Below the pieces are notes generated by a model. It was not told the DNA's origin and did not search any database. It was given only the letters and a program-made list of their open reading frames with translations. The position numbers were made by a program, and so were the translations under genes. Shown here piece by piece: positions 48,381 to 61,532 of a DNA stretch of 64,000 bases. The DNA comes from Escherichia coli (lineage in GTDB: Bacteria; Pseudomonadota; Gammaproteobacteria; Enterobacterales; Enterobacteriaceae): assembly GCF_003334315.1 (NCBI RefSeq), contig NZ_QOWR01000010.1; one strand, given 5' to 3'. Numbering within the stretch: the stretch's first letter is position 1; the number at the start of each line of letters is the position of its first letter.

Positions 48381-48704
48381 ATGTCCCATCAGAAAATTAT
48401 TCAGGATCTTATCGCATGGATTGACGAGCATATTGACCAGCCGCTTAACATTGATGTAGTCGCAAAAAAATCAGGCTATTCAAAGTGGTACTTGCAACGA
48501 ATGTTCCGCACGGTGACGCATCAGACGCTTGGCGATTACATTCGCCAACGTCGCCTGTTACTGGCCGCCGTTGAGTTGCGCACCACCGAGCGTCCGATTT
48601 TTGATATCGCAATGGACCTGGGTTATGTCTCGCAGCAGACCTTCTCCCGCGTTTTCCGTCGGCAGTTTGATCGCACTCCCAGCGATTATCGCCACCGCCT
48701 GTAG
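48381..48704 (+). CDS. soxS: AraC-family superoxide-response activator SoxS
   Basis: 107 aa MSHQKIIQDLIAWIDEHIDQPLNIDVVAKKSGYSKWYLQRMFR... Confidence 0.97.
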   Translation: MSHQKIIQDLIAWIDEHIDQPLNIDVVAKKSGYSKWYLQRMFRTVTHQTLGDYIRQRRLLLAAVELRTTERPIFDIAMDLGYVSQQTFSRVFRRQFDRTPSDYRHRL

Positions 48705-48706
48705 TT

Positions 48707-50293
48707 TTATTGCCCGCGCGTTAACTCCCGCGCGGGTAATTGCTCCATCCATTGCATAAACACCTGCGGCGGCATCGCCTTCGCAAAGAACCATCCCTGG
48801 CAATAGCGCACGCCGCGTTTGCGCAGCCAGTTAACCTGCTCCTCAGTTTCGACGCCTTCAGCGATCGTTTTTAACCCCAGGCTGTGCGCCAGCTCGATGA
48901 TGTGTTCCGCAATCAAATGACTGGTTTTGTGGGTGGTCAGCGTTTCAACAAACGATTTGTCGATTTTCAAAATATCGACATTCAATGATTTAAGGTTATG
49001 CAAGTTAGAGTAGCCAATACCAAAATCATCAATTGCCACTTCGTAACCTGCCTGGCGGAAAGCCAGAATAATCGGCGTCATTTTTTCGACATCAAGAAAT
49101 GCATGCTCAGTCACTTCAAATTTAATTTGCTGCGGACGCACCGCGTATTGCTCTGTTTTCTGATTGATTCGCGCTATCAACCGTGACGTATGAAAATCGG
49201 AGGCCGACAGGTTAATAGAAACATAGCGATCTGCATGTGTTGCCAGGTAATCGCCCAGATCGCGGAAGACATTATCAATAACATAATCAGTTATCTGTTC
49301 TATCATCCCCTCCTTTTCTGCCAGCGGAATAAACTCTGCCGGATTCATTATTTGCCCCTGCTCACCAGGCCAACGTAACAACGCTTCAGCGCCGATACAT
49401 TTTTCTGTTTTGATATCGATTATTGGCTGGTAATAAAGACAAAGTTGATGTTTTTCGAGGGCGCGTTGCAATTTACGTTTGGGAGATAAATAGTTTTGTC
49501 GAATACGTAGCCAGAGTAATAGCAGAACAAGACTCCCCAAAATACCGGCGGGCAACGCAAAAATAAGATGATTATAAAAATGGGTTATAAGACGTTGATA
49601 TGAAGTCGCAACAATGGCTGCAATTGGGCGTTTTGTCGAATAAACTGTCGCATATAAATAGCCATTTCTTTGTACGGTTAAATCCTTCAAATGAATCAGC
49701 GGAGAAAACGTTGCTGCCGAGGCCTCTTTGCTTAACGAGAAAAAGGTTTTCGTCACCGTATCATACACACCCCATTGCAATGTCGGGTCATCAGACATCA
49801 CTTCACTCCAGAAGAGAGGGTTGATAACCGCCACATAATTTCCCCGCTGCATATAGGTCATTTTATAGCCAGAGAAAAAAGGCGTATCGCGGTAATAATA
49901 GATAGAAACGTTAGGTTCACGCTTATAATCGGCCGGTGCAATCGTATAGCCGTTTACAGGCGCTATCAGCGATGAGCATAAAAAATGGTTATCACGGGCA
50001 TAGATCAATTCATTAATATAAAGATAGCCACGAATAATATTCAACATTCGCTTTTGATGGGCTGGAGTGCAAACTTGCCCCTGATAGCGTTCAGCTGCAT
50101 CGCTCACTAAATCTGCCTGGCGAATGACCAGCTCGGATTTATCCAGTGCCAGTTGAGCAAAGGTTCGGAGCTGATTATTCACTTCTGATTTTGCCCAAAG
50201 GAAGGCAATCCATAGCGAAAGAATGATGGGAAAGAGAACTAAAAAGATAATGCCCGGCAACGCCAGTAATTGGTGTCGTGCACGATGACTCAT
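48707..50293 (-). CDS. pdeC: c-di-GMP phosphodiesterase with periplasmic CSS domain and cytoplasmic EAL domain
   Basis: EAL motif region (EALLRW), two TM segments, and CSS-domain cysteines. Start taken at MSHRARHQ (528 aa). The ORF track extends 3 codons further. Confidence 0.85.
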
Positions 50294-50722
50294 TGCTATC
50301 AATTTCCTGCCTGTTTATACCCGGCCATTGTAAGGTGAAAACCCTGGGTACCGACGTCTTTAGATAAATCTTACGGTATAAATAGCACTTTTGCCTGATT
50401 TGAAATTGATACCTTTCTAATCGTCACCTGGATGAAAATAATTCATTGATATTCAAAATTAATTTCCTACAGGAATGCAGAGGCGGCGGGAAGATATGCC
50501 CTTAATGCCACTGAAAAACCACATAATCTGTACAGCAATAAAAGTCACGGCCTAATATGGCTAACAAACAATCAATTGTGATATAGTTCACAAAATTAAT
50601 GAAACAAACAGAGTGTTTCATTTTTGTGTTCTGCAAGCCCCGCGATAGCCAGAGTGTACCACGCCTCCCGTGAACAACGCCGCGCTGTCCAGGGCATCGG
50701 CTCTTTTCAGAGGAATTGTTTG

Positions 50723-51004
50723 ATGGCTACCCTCACCACTGGCGTGGTTCTTCTTCGCTGGCAACTTCTTAGTGCCGTAATGATGTTTCTGGCCAGCACA
50801 CTCAACATCCGTTTTCGTCGGTCTGATTATGTCGGGCTTGCGGTGATCAGCAGCGGTCTGGGCGTTGTTTCCGCCTGTTGGTTCGCAATGGGGTTGCTTG
50901 GCATCACAATGGCGGACATCACCGCTATCTGGCATAACATCGAGTCGGTGATGATAGAAGAGATGAATCAGACACCGCCACAATGGCCAATGATTTTGAC
51001 CTGA
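50723..51004 (+). CDS. yjcB: Small inner membrane protein (93 aa) of unknown function
   Basis: ATG at 50723 (MATLTTGVVLLRWQLLSAVMMFLASTLN...) with two hydrophobic helices. The ORF-track 5' extension from 50624 is unlikely. Confidence 0.7.
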   Translation: MATLTTGVVLLRWQLLSAVMMFLASTLNIRFRRSDYVGLAVISSGLGVVSACWFAMGLLGITMADITAIWHNIESVMIEEMNQTPPQWPMILT

Positions 51005-51010
51005 TACGTA

Positions 51011-51040
51011 GAAGCCTCCATAACGGAGGCTTCTTTTTTA
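51011..51040 (+). terminator. Rho-independent terminator after yjcB
   Basis: gaagcctccataacggaggcttc hairpin followed by ttttttat. Confidence 0.8.
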
Positions 51041-51102
51041 TGGCTGGCAGATGCTTTAATCATCCACCTTAAAACAATATAACCTATTGTTTTAATGACA
51101 AA

Positions 51103-51639
51103 TCAGAACGGAATGTCATCATCAAAGTCCATCGGCGGCTCGTTAGACGGCGCTGCCGGAGCGGACTGCTGCGGGCGAGACTGCGCGCCGCCGCTGAACT
51201 GATTGCCACCCTGCGGCTGCTGAGGCTGACCCCAACCGCCCTGCGGCTGACCACCACCGATATTGCCACCTGCCGGAGCGCCACCACCCTGACGACCACC
51301 CAGCATCTGCATGGTGCCGCCAACGTTCACCACGACTTCTGTGGTGTAGCGATCCTGACCGGATTGATCGGTCCATTTACGGGTACGCAGCTGACCTTCG
51401 ATATAAACCTGAGAACCTTTACGCAGATATTCGCTCGCCACTTCTGCCAGTTTGCCGAACAGCACAACGCGGTGCCATTCAGTCTGTTCTTTCATCTCGC
51501 CGGTCGCTTTATCACGCCAGGATTCGGAAGTAGCCAGCGTAATGTTGGCAACTGCGCCACCATTTGGCATGTAGCGTACTTCCGGGTCCTGACCCAGATT
51601 ACCAACGAGAATAACCTTGTTTACGCCTCTGCTGGCCAT
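51103..51639 (-). CDS. ssb: Single-stranded DNA-binding protein
   Basis: Start at [44 protein letters not shown] (178 aa). Gly/Gln-rich tail ending DFDDDIPF. Confidence 0.97.
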   Translation of the reverse strand: MASRGVNKVILVGNLGQDPEVRYMPNGGAVANITLATSESWRDKATGEMKEQTEWHRVVLFGKLAEVASEYLRKGSQVYIEGQLRTRKWTDQSGQDRYTTEVVVNVGGTMQMLGGRQGGGAPAGGNIGGGQPQGGWGQPQQPQGGNQFSGGAQSRPQQSAPAAPSNEPPMDFDDDIPF

Positions 51640-51789
51640 GTTCGTGTCTCCTGAAAAAAATCGTTCTGAATAAGTGTAAACGCGCGATTGTACCATTACC
51701 AATAGCGCTTTTACTATGTTGTGACCTCGGTTCCGGGAAACAAACCTGGCCAGACATTGTTACACAACACTCCGGGTAATGCATTCCAA

Positions 51790-51809
51790 TACTGTATATT
51801 CATTCAGGT
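51790..51809. promoter_or_regulatory. LexA box (SOS operator) in the divergent ssb-uvrA region
   Basis: taCTGTatattcattCAGgt matches CTGT-N8-ACAG-type SOS boxes. Located between the divergent ssb and uvrA genes. Confidence 0.85.
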
Positions 51810-51892
51810 CAATTTGTGTCATAATTAACCGTTTGTGATCGCCGGTAGCACCATGCCACCGGGCAAAAAAGCGTTTAATCCGGGAAAGGTGA

Positions 51893-54715
51893 ATGGATAA
51901 GATCGAAGTTCGGGGCGCCCGCACCCATAATCTCAAAAACATCAACCTCGTTATCCCCCGCGACAAGCTCATTGTCGTGACCGGGCTTTCGGGTTCTGGC
52001 AAATCCTCGCTCGCTTTCGACACCTTATATGCCGAAGGGCAGCGCCGTTACGTTGAATCCCTTTCCGCCTACGCGCGGCAGTTTCTGTCACTGATGGAAA
52101 AGCCGGACGTCGATCATATTGAGGGGCTTTCTCCTGCCATCTCAATTGAGCAGAAATCGACGTCTCATAACCCGCGTTCTACGGTGGGGACAATCACCGA
52201 AATCCACGACTATTTGCGTTTGTTATTCGCCCGCGTTGGCGAGCCGCGCTGTCCGGACCACGACGTCCCGCTGGCGGCGCAAACCGTCAGCCAGATGGTG
52301 GATAACGTGCTGTCGCAGCCGGAAGGCAAGCGTCTGATGCTACTCGCGCCAATCATTAAAGAGCGCAAAGGCGAACACACCAAAACGCTGGAGAACCTGG
52401 CAAGCCAGGGCTACATCCGTGCTCGTATTGATGGCGAAGTCTGCGATCTTTCCGATCCGCCAAAACTGGAACTGCAAAAGAAACATACCATTGAAGTGGT
52501 GGTTGATCGCTTCAAGGTGCGTGACGATCTTACCCAACGTCTTGCCGAGTCATTTGAAACCGCGCTGGAGCTTTCCGGTGGTACCGCGGTAGTGGCGGAT
52601 ATGGACGACCCGAAAGCGGAAGAGCTGCTGTTCTCCGCCAACTTCGCCTGCCCAATTTGCGGCTACAGTATGCGTGAGCTGGAGCCGCGACTGTTTTCGT
52701 TTAACAACCCGGCGGGGGCCTGCCCGACCTGCGACGGCCTTGGCGTACAGCAATATTTCGATCCTGATCGAGTGATCCAGAATCCGGAACTGTCGCTGGC
52801 TGGTGGTGCGATCCGTGGCTGGGATCGCCGCAACTTCTATTATTTCCAGATGCTGAAATCGCTGGCAGATCACTATAAGTTCGACGTCGAAGCGCCGTGG
52901 GGCAGCCTGAGCGCGAACGTGCATAAAGTGGTGTTGTACGGTTCTGGCAAAGAAAACATTGAATTCAAATACATGAACGATCGTGGCGATACCTCCATTC
53001 GTCGTCATCCGTTCGAAGGCGTACTGCATAATATGGAGCGCCGCTATAAAGAGACGGAATCCAGCGCGGTACGCGAAGAATTAGCCAAGTTTATCAGTAA
53101 TCGTCCGTGCGCCAGCTGCGAAGGGACGCGTCTGCGTCGGGAAGCGCGCCACGTGTATGTCGAGAATACGCCGCTGCCTGCTATCTCCGACATGAGCATT
53201 GGTCATGCGATGGAATTCTTCAACAATCTCAAACTCGCAGGTCAGCGGGCGAAGATTGCAGAAAAAATCCTTAAAGAGATCGGCGATCGTCTGAAATTCC
53301 TCGTTAACGTCGGCCTGAATTACCTGACGCTTTCCCGCTCGGCAGAAACGCTTTCTGGCGGTGAAGCACAGCGTATCCGTCTGGCGAGCCAGATTGGTGC
53401 GGGCCTGGTTGGCGTTATGTACGTGCTGGACGAGCCGTCTATCGGCCTGCACCAGCGTGATAACGAGCGCCTGTTGGGTACGCTTATCCATCTGCGCGAT
53501 CTCGGTAATACCGTGATTGTGGTGGAGCACGACGAAGACGCAATTCGCGCCGCTGACCATGTGATCGACATTGGCCCGGGCGCAGGTGTTCACGGCGGTG
53601 AAGTGGTCGCAGAAGGTCCGCTGGAAGCGATTATGGCGGTGCCGGAGTCGTTGACCGGGCAGTACATGAGCGGCAAACGCAAGATTGAAGTGCCGAAGAA
53701 ACGCGTTCCGGCGAATCCGGAAAAAGTGCTGAAGCTGACAGGCGCACGCGGCAACAACCTGAAGGACGTGACGCTGACGCTGCCGGTGGGTCTGTTTACC
53801 TGCATCACCGGGGTTTCAGGTTCCGGTAAATCGACGCTGATTAACGACACACTGTTCCCGATTGCCCAACGCCAGTTGAATGGGGCGACCATCGCCGAAC
53901 CAGCACCGTATCGCGATATTCAGGGGCTGGAGCATTTCGATAAAGTGATCGATATCGACCAAAGCCCAATTGGTCGTACTCCACGTTCTAACCCGGCGAC
54001 CTATACCGGCGTGTTTACGCCTGTGCGCGAACTGTTTGCGGGCGTACCGGAATCCCGTGCGCGCGGCTATACGCCGGGACGTTTCAGCTTTAACGTTCGT
54101 GGCGGACGCTGCGAGGCCTGTCAGGGCGATGGCGTGATCAAAGTGGAGATGCACTTCCTGCCGGATATCTACGTGCCGTGCGACCAGTGCAAAGGTAAAC
54201 GCTATAACCGTGAAACGCTGGAGATTAAGTACAAAGGCAAAACCATCCACGAAGTGCTGGATATGACCATCGAAGAGGCGCGTGAGTTCTTTGATGCCGT
54301 ACCTGCACTGGCGCGTAAGCTGCAAACGTTGATGGACGTTGGCCTGACGTACATTCGCCTGGGGCAGTCCGCAACCACCCTTTCTGGTGGTGAAGCCCAG
54401 CGCGTGAAGCTGGCGCGTGAGCTGTCAAAACGCGGCACCGGGCAGACACTGTATATTCTCGACGAGCCGACCACCGGTTTGCACTTCGCCGATATTCAGC
54501 AACTGCTCGACGTGCTGCATAAACTGCGCGATCAGGGCAATACCATTGTGGTAATTGAGCACAATCTCGACGTGATTAAAACCGCTGACTGGATTGTCGA
54601 CCTGGGACCGGAAGGCGGCAGTGGCGGCGGCGAGATCCTCGTCTCCGGTACGCCAGAAACCGTCGCGGAGTGCGAAGCTTCGCATACGGCGCGCTTCCTC
54701 AAGCCGATGCTGTAA
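51893..54715 (+). CDS. uvrA: Excinuclease ABC subunit A
   Basis: 940 aa with two ABC ATPase modules ([18 protein letters not shown]) and zinc-finger Cys motifs. Confidence 0.97.
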   Translation: MDKIEVRGARTHNLKNINLVIPRDKLIVVTGLSGSGKSSLAFDTLYAEGQRRYVESLSAYARQFLSLMEKPDVDHIEGLSPAISIEQKSTSHNPRSTVGTITEIHDYLRLLFARVGEPRCPDHDVPLAAQTVSQMVDNVLSQPEGKRLMLLAPIIKERKGEHTKTLENLASQGYIRARIDGEVCDLSDPPKLELQKKHTIEVVVDRFKVRDDLTQRLAESFETALELSGGTAVVADMDDPKAEELLFSANFACPICGYSMRELEPRLFSFNNPAGACPTCDGLGVQQYFDPDRVIQNPELSLAGGAIRGWDRRNFYYFQMLKSLADHYKFDVEAPWGSLSANVHKVVLYGSGKENIEFKYMNDRGDTSIRRHPFEGVLHNMERRYKETESSAVREELAKFISNRPCASCEGTRLRREARHVYVENTPLPAISDMSIGHAMEFFNNLKLAGQRAKIAEKILKEIGDRLKFLVNVGLNYLTLSRSAETLSGGEAQRIRLASQIGAGLVGVMYVLDEPSIGLHQRDNERLLGTLIHLRDLGNTVIVVEHDEDAIRAADHVIDIGPGAGVHGGEVVAEGPLEAIMAVPESLTGQYMSGKRKIEVPKKRVPANPEKVLKLTGARGNNLKDVTLTLPVGLFTCITGVSGSGKSTLINDTLFPIAQRQLNGATIAEPAPYRDIQGLEHFDKVIDIDQSPIGRTPRSNPATYTGVFTPVRELFAGVPESRARGYTPGRFSFNVRGGRCEACQGDGVIKVEMHFLPDIYVPCDQCKGKRYNRETLEIKYKGKTIHEVLDMTIEEAREFFDAVPALARKLQTLMDVGLTYIRLGQSATTLSGGEAQRVKLARELSKRGTGQTLYILDEPTTGLHFADIQQLLDVLHKLRDQGNTIVVIEHNLDVIKTADWIVDLGPEGGSGGGEILVSGTPETVAECEASHTARFLKPML

Positions 54716-54720
54716 TCGTT

Positions 54721-54750
54721 AAGGCCGCTTTCTGAGCGGCCTTTTCCTTT
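54721..54750 (+). terminator. Terminator hairpin between convergent uvrA and yjbR
   Basis: aaggccgctttctgagcggcctt followed by ttcctttc. Confidence 0.75.
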
Positions 54751-55106
54751 CAGAGTTGCACCAGCAATTTACGTTTTTCTTCCGGCAGCAAATTCACCGC
54801 CTGCTGATAAGACGCATCCACCAGATAATAGATTTGCGAATCTGGCAGCGAACCGTCGAGATACACGGTGCTCCAGTGCGCTTTATTCAGATGGCGGCTT
54901 GGACGCACATCGCTGTGCTGCTGACGTAGCAGCTCCGCCAGCTCCGGGCTGGTTTTCAGCGAAACAGCTGGGCGATTTTCTACTTCTTTCACCATCGCAA
55001 ACAGTACATCTTCCACTTTGATCTGCGTCGCTTTCCAGTCGTTATGCACGCTCTGTTCTGCGCCTGGTTTTGCCATGCAATATTGTAGCAACTCCGAAAT
55101 GGTCAT
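54750..55106 (-). CDS. yjbR: YjbR/MmcQ-family protein (118 aa), function unclear
   Basis: MTISELLQYCMAKPGAEQSVHNDWKATQIKVEDVLFAMV... Confidence 0.8.
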   Translation of the reverse strand: MTISELLQYCMAKPGAEQSVHNDWKATQIKVEDVLFAMVKEVENRPAVSLKTSPELAELLRQQHSDVRPSRHLNKAHWSTVYLDGSLPDSQIYYLVDASYQQAVNLLPEEKRKLLVQL

Positions 55107-55109
55107 TTT

Positions 55110-55526
55110 TTACTCCCCTTGTAGTGTCGCGATGATGCGACGCGATCCGCCGTGGATGCGATGTTCCCCCAGCCAAATGCCTTGCCAGGTGCCGGTCTGA
55201 ATACGCCCTTTATGCACCGGCAATACAAGCGATGTTCCCAGCATTGAGGATTTGATATGAGAAGGCATATCGTCTGCTCCCTCATAGTCATGCTCATAAT
55301 TTCCGTTGTCGGGAACGGTGCGGAGGAAAAAACGCTCCATGTCGTGGCGTACGGTGGGATCGCAGTTCTCATTAAGTGTCAGAGAGGCGGAGGTATGTTG
55401 CAGCAACAGATGCAGTAAGCCGATGTTAACGCGCGGCATATCAGCCAGCTGATTCAGAATTTCATCCGTTACCAGATGAAACCCACGAGATTTGGCGCTA
55501 AGCGTGAGCGTCTTTTGATACCACAT
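55110..55526 (-). CDS. yjbQ: UPF0047/YjbQ-family protein (138 aa)
   Basis: [27 protein letters not shown]... Separated from yjbR by 3 bp. Confidence 0.8.
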
Positions 55527-55636
55527 GTGCTGCTCCTTGATAAAACTCTCTTAATCAGTTTGCAGCAAGACAGCGAAAGGATAAAGGTGTGATTAAAAAA
55601 ACAGCATTCGGGAGAGCATCACGCTCTCCCGCTCTG

Positions 55637-56629
<993 letters not shown>

Positions 56630-56751
56630 TTAATGAACTTAATGATACAGCATTACAAAAACAATCGAAGTTTATAAAGATGATTTCTGATTGACCAGCC
56701 CCCTACCCTACAATGGTGATTAATTTTATTACTCGCGATGGAGATGATGAT

Positions 56752-56955
56752 ATGAATATATCATATGTGAATAGCAACAAAACGACATCTTTACCTGTTG
56801 AGCTAGATGCACTAAATAATAAAGATATCTCTTATGCCAAAGATTTCTTTTTATACATAGAAACACAGTTAAAAATTGCAAAAGATTTTTTAGACCTGGA
56901 GAAGAAGTATCAAGTTCTATTGCAAGTAAAGTTTTTCACGCATTTATTGATTTAG
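56752..56955 (+). CDS. yjbS: Small hypothetical protein (67 aa) in an AT-rich islet
   Basis: ATG at 56752 (MNISYVNSNKTTSLPVELDALNNKDISYAKDFFLYIETQLKIAKDFLDLEKKYQVLLQVKFFTHLLI). Low GC. Coding status is uncertain. Confidence 0.45.
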   Translation: MNISYVNSNKTTSLPVELDALNNKDISYAKDFFLYIETQLKIAKDFLDLEKKYQVLLQVKFFTHLLI

Positions 56956-57456
56956 TTAACAAAATCAGGGGTAAGAAAGACTTTATGTATACTTGCACGC
57001 TTTGCTGTTTTGCCGAGGAGGTTAAAGGTGATTATTCTCATTACAGGACCTTTTTATTTGATATTGGTAATCAATATAAGGTTAAACTTACACAAAGCGG
57101 AAAAAAGAGTTCTCTTTAACATTAGAATTTAACGATACTATAATTGAATCTCAGAAAGTCACAGGCAATAAGGCAAAGCATATTCTTGAGGATATAGAAA
57201 TATTCTATCGTAACAAACCCGATACTTATTATTAAATTTAATAATGGTTAGATGTGCAGAAATTATTACTCCACCCAAAAAAACAGGATAAGGAATTCCA
57301 GATAATTGGGATAAACTTAACAATAAAAGAACTAACAACGTTTATTATCTCTCACGTAGAACGATGGCATCAAAAAAATCATCTATAAAGAAAGAGTGAA
57401 AGCGACGACAGTTTAATTTCACTGCAGGCTGGGTAGCTCCAGCCTGCTTTCCTGCA

Positions 57457-58650
57457 TTACATCACCGCAGCAAACGCCTTTGCCACACGTTGTACATTTG
57501 CCGTATTTAACCCGGCGACACACATGCGACCGCTGGCGATGAGATAGACACCAAATTCTTCACGTAGTCGGTCAACCTGAGCGGCACTTAAACCGGTATA
57601 ACTGAACATGCCGCGCTGATTAAGCAGATAATCGAAATTGCGTTCTGGCATCTCTGTGCTTAATACCTTCACCAATTCCTGACGCATTGCCAGAATGCGA
57701 GTACGCATCTCTTCTACTTCCGCCAGCCAGCTGGCTTTCAATGCCTCGTCATTCAGCACTGCAGCCACCACCTGCGCACCAAAATTCGGCGGGCTGGAGT
57801 AGTTGCGGCGAACTGTTGCTTTCAATTGCCCCAGTACGCGGCCAGCGGCTTCGGCATCTTCACACATAACAGAAAGTCCGCCGACGCGCTCGCCGTAAAG
57901 GGAGAAAATTTTCGAGAACGAATTGCTCACCAGAGCGGGTAATCCAGCGCTGGCAATGGCGCGAATAGCGTAGGCATCCTCTTCCATACCGGCACCAAAT
58001 CCTTGATAGGCAATATCGAGGAATGGAATAAGCTCGCGGGCTTTGAGAATTTCAATCACCGCATCCCACTGATCATTAGTGAGATCGGCACCCGTTGGGT
58101 TGTGGCAACATGGATGCAGCAACACAATACTGCGGGCAGGTAATGTTTTCAGCGTCGCCAACAGGTCATTAAAGCGCACGCCGTTAGTCGCTTCGTCATA
58201 CCAGGGGTAAGTACTCACTTCGAATCCAGCCCCGGCGAATATTGCTACGTGGTTTTCCCAGGTAGGATCGCTGACCCAGACGCCTGATTCCGGGAAGTAG
58301 CGTTTCAGGAAATCCGCGCCCACTTTCAATGCCCCGGAGCCGCCAAGGGTTTGAATGGTTGCTACGCGCTGTTGTTTCAGTACCGGATGGTCCGCACCAA
58401 ACAGCAGCGGCGCAATGGCATGGCGATAGCTGTTAAGCCCTTCCATCGGTAAATAAAGCGAAGCGCCATGAGGCTGCGCATTCAGGCGCGCTTCCGCCTC
58501 CGCCACGGCTTGCAGTTGTGGAATAATTCCGTCTTCGTTGTAGTACAGACCGATACTTAAATTCACTTTGTCGCTGCGAGGGTCTTCTTTAAAACGCTCC
58601 ATAAGCGTAAGAATCGGGTCGCCAGCGTAGGCGTCAACTTTTTGAAACAC
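57457..58650 (-). CDS. tyrB: Aromatic-amino-acid aminotransferase
   Basis: 397 aa beginning [24 protein letters not shown] with a GTG start at 58648-58650. PLP-lysine motif [14 protein letters not shown]. Confidence 0.95.
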   Translation of the reverse strand: MFQKVDAYAGDPILTLMERFKEDPRSDKVNLSIGLYYNEDGIIPQLQAVAEAEARLNAQPHGASLYLPMEGLNSYRHAIAPLLFGADHPVLKQQRVATIQTLGGSGALKVGADFLKRYFPESGVWVSDPTWENHVAIFAGAGFEVSTYPWYDEATNGVRFNDLLATLKTLPARSIVLLHPCCHNPTGADLTNDQWDAVIEILKARELIPFLDIAYQGFGAGMEEDAYAIRAIASAGLPALVSNSFSKIFSLYGERVGGLSVMCEDAEAAGRVLGQLKATVRRNYSSPPNFGAQVVAAVLNDEALKASWLAEVEEMRTRILAMRQELVKVLSTEMPERNFDYLLNQRGMFSYTGLSAAQVDRLREEFGVYLIASGRMCVAGLNTANVQRVAKAFAAVM

Positions 58651-58837
58651 GCGATGGTTCTCCAGGTTTACGGGCAGGTGGTTAAAACACAATAAACCGG
58701 AAGAAGGCGAAGATCGAGTGGATGTTCAGGAGCGAACGGCAATTAGCAACAGAGTGAGACTCATGACAAACGTACATCCGCCAGAGGCACGACCTTTATA
58801 AGAGCATGAAAGAACATCAACTTATTGAATTTTTAGG

Positions 58838-58898
58838 ATTTTATTGGCCGGATAAGGCATTCACGCCGCATCCGGCACAGACAATCAAATATTACAGA
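58838..58898. repeat. REP element between alr and tyrB
   Basis: ggccggataaggcattcacgccgcatccggcac. Confidence 0.8.
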
Positions 58899-58902
58899 AC
58901 GA

Positions 58903-59982
58903 TTAATCCACGTATTTCATCGCGACCCTTGAAGTCAGGCGCGTAATAAGTTCGTAAGCGCTTACTTTCGTCATTTCAGCGATACGTTCTACGGGCAAAC
59001 CTTCGCCCCATAAAATGACCGGATCCCCGGCTTTGTCCTGCGCCTGTGGACCTAAGTCTACGCAGATCATATCCATCGCCACGCGCCCGACAATCGGTAC
59101 TTCGCGACCGTTCACCAGCACTGGCGTACCGGACGGCGCGGCGCGCGGATAACCATCGCCATAGCCCATCGCGACTACGCCAAGACGGGTATCACGTTCG
59201 CTTACCCAGGTTCCACCATAACCAACAGGTTCTCCGGCTTTATGCTCACGCACGGCAATCAGGCTGGAGGTTAGTGACATCACTGGCTGACAGCCAAAAT
59301 CGGCACCGGTGGAGCGATCTTCCAGCGGCGAGACGCCATAAAGAATGATGCCCGGGCGCACCCAGTCAAAATGCGACTGTGGCCACAGCAGAATGCCACC
59401 CGACGCGGCAATGGAACGTTGACCAGGTTTGCCTTCGCAAAAGGTATTAAAGATAGCGAGTTGTTTCTCGGTTGCGCCACATTTTGGTTCATCCGCGCGC
59501 GCAAAATGGCTGACGATATTCACCGGCTGACGAACGTTTTTGCACTGGGTCAGGCGATGATAAAACGCCTCAGCCTGTTCCGGCCTTACGCCCAGACGGT
59601 GCATACCGGTATCGAGTTTCATCCAGACGGTAACCGGCTCGTCCAGGCTAGCCTCTTCCAGCGCAGCCAGCTGTTCTTCGTTATGCACGGCGGTATGAAA
59701 ATGTTGCGCAGAAATCGTCGGCAGATCTCTGGCATCAAAAAAGCCTTCGAGTAACAGTACAGGTTTGGTGATTCCCCCCGCACGCAGTCGCAGAGCTTCT
59801 TCGAGACGGGCTACGCCAAAGGCGTCAGCATCGGGGAGCGTTCGCGCGGTCTCAAGAAGACCGTGACCATAAGCGTTCGCTTTCACCACCGCAACCATTT
59901 TACTGGCAGGGGCCAGTTCACGAAGACGTTGCAGGTTGTGTCGCAGAGCGCGGCGGTTAATCACAACAGTTGCCGCTTGCAT
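58903..59982 (-). CDS. alr: Alanine racemase (biosynthetic)
   Basis: 359 aa with PLP-binding [11 protein letters not shown] near the N-terminus. Confidence 0.95.
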
Positions 59983-60034
59983 TTGTGTTCCTTGATAAGT
60001 GTTTGCTTTAATTACCTAATTCATAAAATAATTA

Positions 60035-61450
60035 TTATTCGTCGTCGTACTGCGGCCCCGCATAGTTGTCGAAGCGCGACCATTGACCGTTAAAGGTCAG
60101 GCGTACCGTCCCGATTGGGCCGTTACGTTGTTTACCGATAATAATTTCCGCGATGCCTTTTAAATCACTGTTTTCGTGATACACCTCATCACGATAGATA
60201 AACATGATCAAGTCCGCATCCTGCTCGATAGAGCCAGATTCACGCAGGTCGGAGTTGACCGGGCGTTTGTCGGCACGTTGTTCCAGAGAACGGTTCAACT
60301 GGGACAGCGCCACCACCGGCACGTTCAGTTCTTTCGCCAGTGCTTTCAGCGAGCGAGAGATTTCTGCAATTTCCAGCGTACGGTTATCGGAAAGCGCCGG
60401 TACGCGCATCAGTTGCAGGTAGTCGATCATGATAAGCCCGATGCCGCCGTGTTCACGGGCAATACGGCGTGCGCGGGAACGCACTTCCGTTGGCGTCAGG
60501 CCGGAGGAGTCATCGATATAGATATTGCGTTTTTCGAGCAAAATACCCATGGTGCCGGAAATGCGCGCCCAGTCTTCATCATCGAGCTGCCCGGTACGGA
60601 TTTTAGTCTGGTCAACGCGCGACAGCGACGCCAGAGAACGCATCATAATCTGTTCTGAAGGCATCTCCAGCGAGAAGATAAGTACTGGTTTATCCTGCAA
60701 CATCGCCGCGTTTTCGACGAGGTTCATCGCAAATGTTGTTTTACCCATCGACGGACGCGCGGCGACGATGATCAAATCCGACGGCTGCAAGCCAGCGGTT
60801 TTTTTGTTGAGATCGTCATAACCGGTGTTTACTCCGGTAACGCCATCGTGTGGCTGCTGAAACAACTGCTCAATACGCGCCACGGTTGCGTCGAGCACAT
60901 CGGCGATGTTCTTCGGCCCTTCGTCTTTGTTTGCACGACTTTCGGCAATTTTAAAGACGCGGGATTCAGCAAGGTCCAGCAGATCTTCGCTGGTACGCCC
61001 CTGCGGATCAAAACCGGCTTCAGCAATCTCATTCGCAACCGAGATCATCTCACGGACAACGGCACGTTCACGCACGATGTCAGCATAAGCACTGATGTTC
61101 GCCGCACTTGGCGTATTTTTTGACAGCTCTGCCAGATAAGCAAAACCACCGACGCTATCGAGTTGCCCCTGGCGTTCCAGCGATTCCGCAAGAGTAATTA
61201 GATCGATAGGGCTACCGCTTTCCTGCAAACGCGCCATTTCAGTAAAGATATGACGGTGTGGGCGGGTGTAAAAATCGTCTGCTACCACACGCTCGGCTAC
61301 ATCATCCCAGCGTTCGTTATCTAGCATTAAACCGCCCAACACCGACTGCTCCGCTTCGATCGAGTGCGGAGGCACTTTCAGCCCGGCAACTTGTGGATCG
61401 CGTTCGCGGGGTTCAGCCTGCTGTTTGTTGAAGGGTTTATTTCCTGCCAT
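60035..61450 (-). CDS. dnaB: Replicative DNA helicase DnaB
   Basis: 471 aa with Walker A ARPSMGKTT and the DnaB C-terminal RecA-like domain. Confidence 0.97.
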   Translation of the reverse strand: MAGNKPFNKQQAEPRERDPQVAGLKVPPHSIEAEQSVLGGLMLDNERWDDVAERVVADDFYTRPHRHIFTEMARLQESGSPIDLITLAESLERQGQLDSVGGFAYLAELSKNTPSAANISAYADIVRERAVVREMISVANEIAEAGFDPQGRTSEDLLDLAESRVFKIAESRANKDEGPKNIADVLDATVARIEQLFQQPHDGVTGVNTGYDDLNKKTAGLQPSDLIIVAARPSMGKTTFAMNLVENAAMLQDKPVLIFSLEMPSEQIMMRSLASLSRVDQTKIRTGQLDDEDWARISGTMGILLEKRNIYIDDSSGLTPTEVRSRARRIAREHGGIGLIMIDYLQLMRVPALSDNRTLEIAEISRSLKALAKELNVPVVALSQLNRSLEQRADKRPVNSDLRESGSIEQDADLIMFIYRDEVYHENSDLKGIAEIIIGKQRNGPIGTVRLTFNGQWSRFDNYAGPQYDDE

Positions 61451-61532
61451 AGTGAATGGAGTTACCGAGATAAAGAATGGGTCGAAACTTTACCATATGA
61501 AGCAGACCCTGACGATACGTTCTGGAGGACAC

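Noticed and set aside
51073-51095. aaaacaatataacctattgtttt hairpin as the ssb terminator
   Set aside because: AT-only stem with weak predicted stability and ambiguous orientation; not called.
57030-57240. Stop-free frame encoding ...LTLEFNDTIIESQKVTGNKAKHILEDIEIFYRNKPDTYY in the aphA-tyrB islet
   Set aside because: No ATG, GTG or TTG start with an RBS in frame; it would need a frameshift from the upstream 44-aa ORF. Kept as part of the islet observation rather than called as a gene.
61425-61532. 5' extension of qor overlapping the dnaB start
   Set aside because: The recognisable Qor N-terminus begins at 61533; the extension would overlap the divergent dnaB start region.
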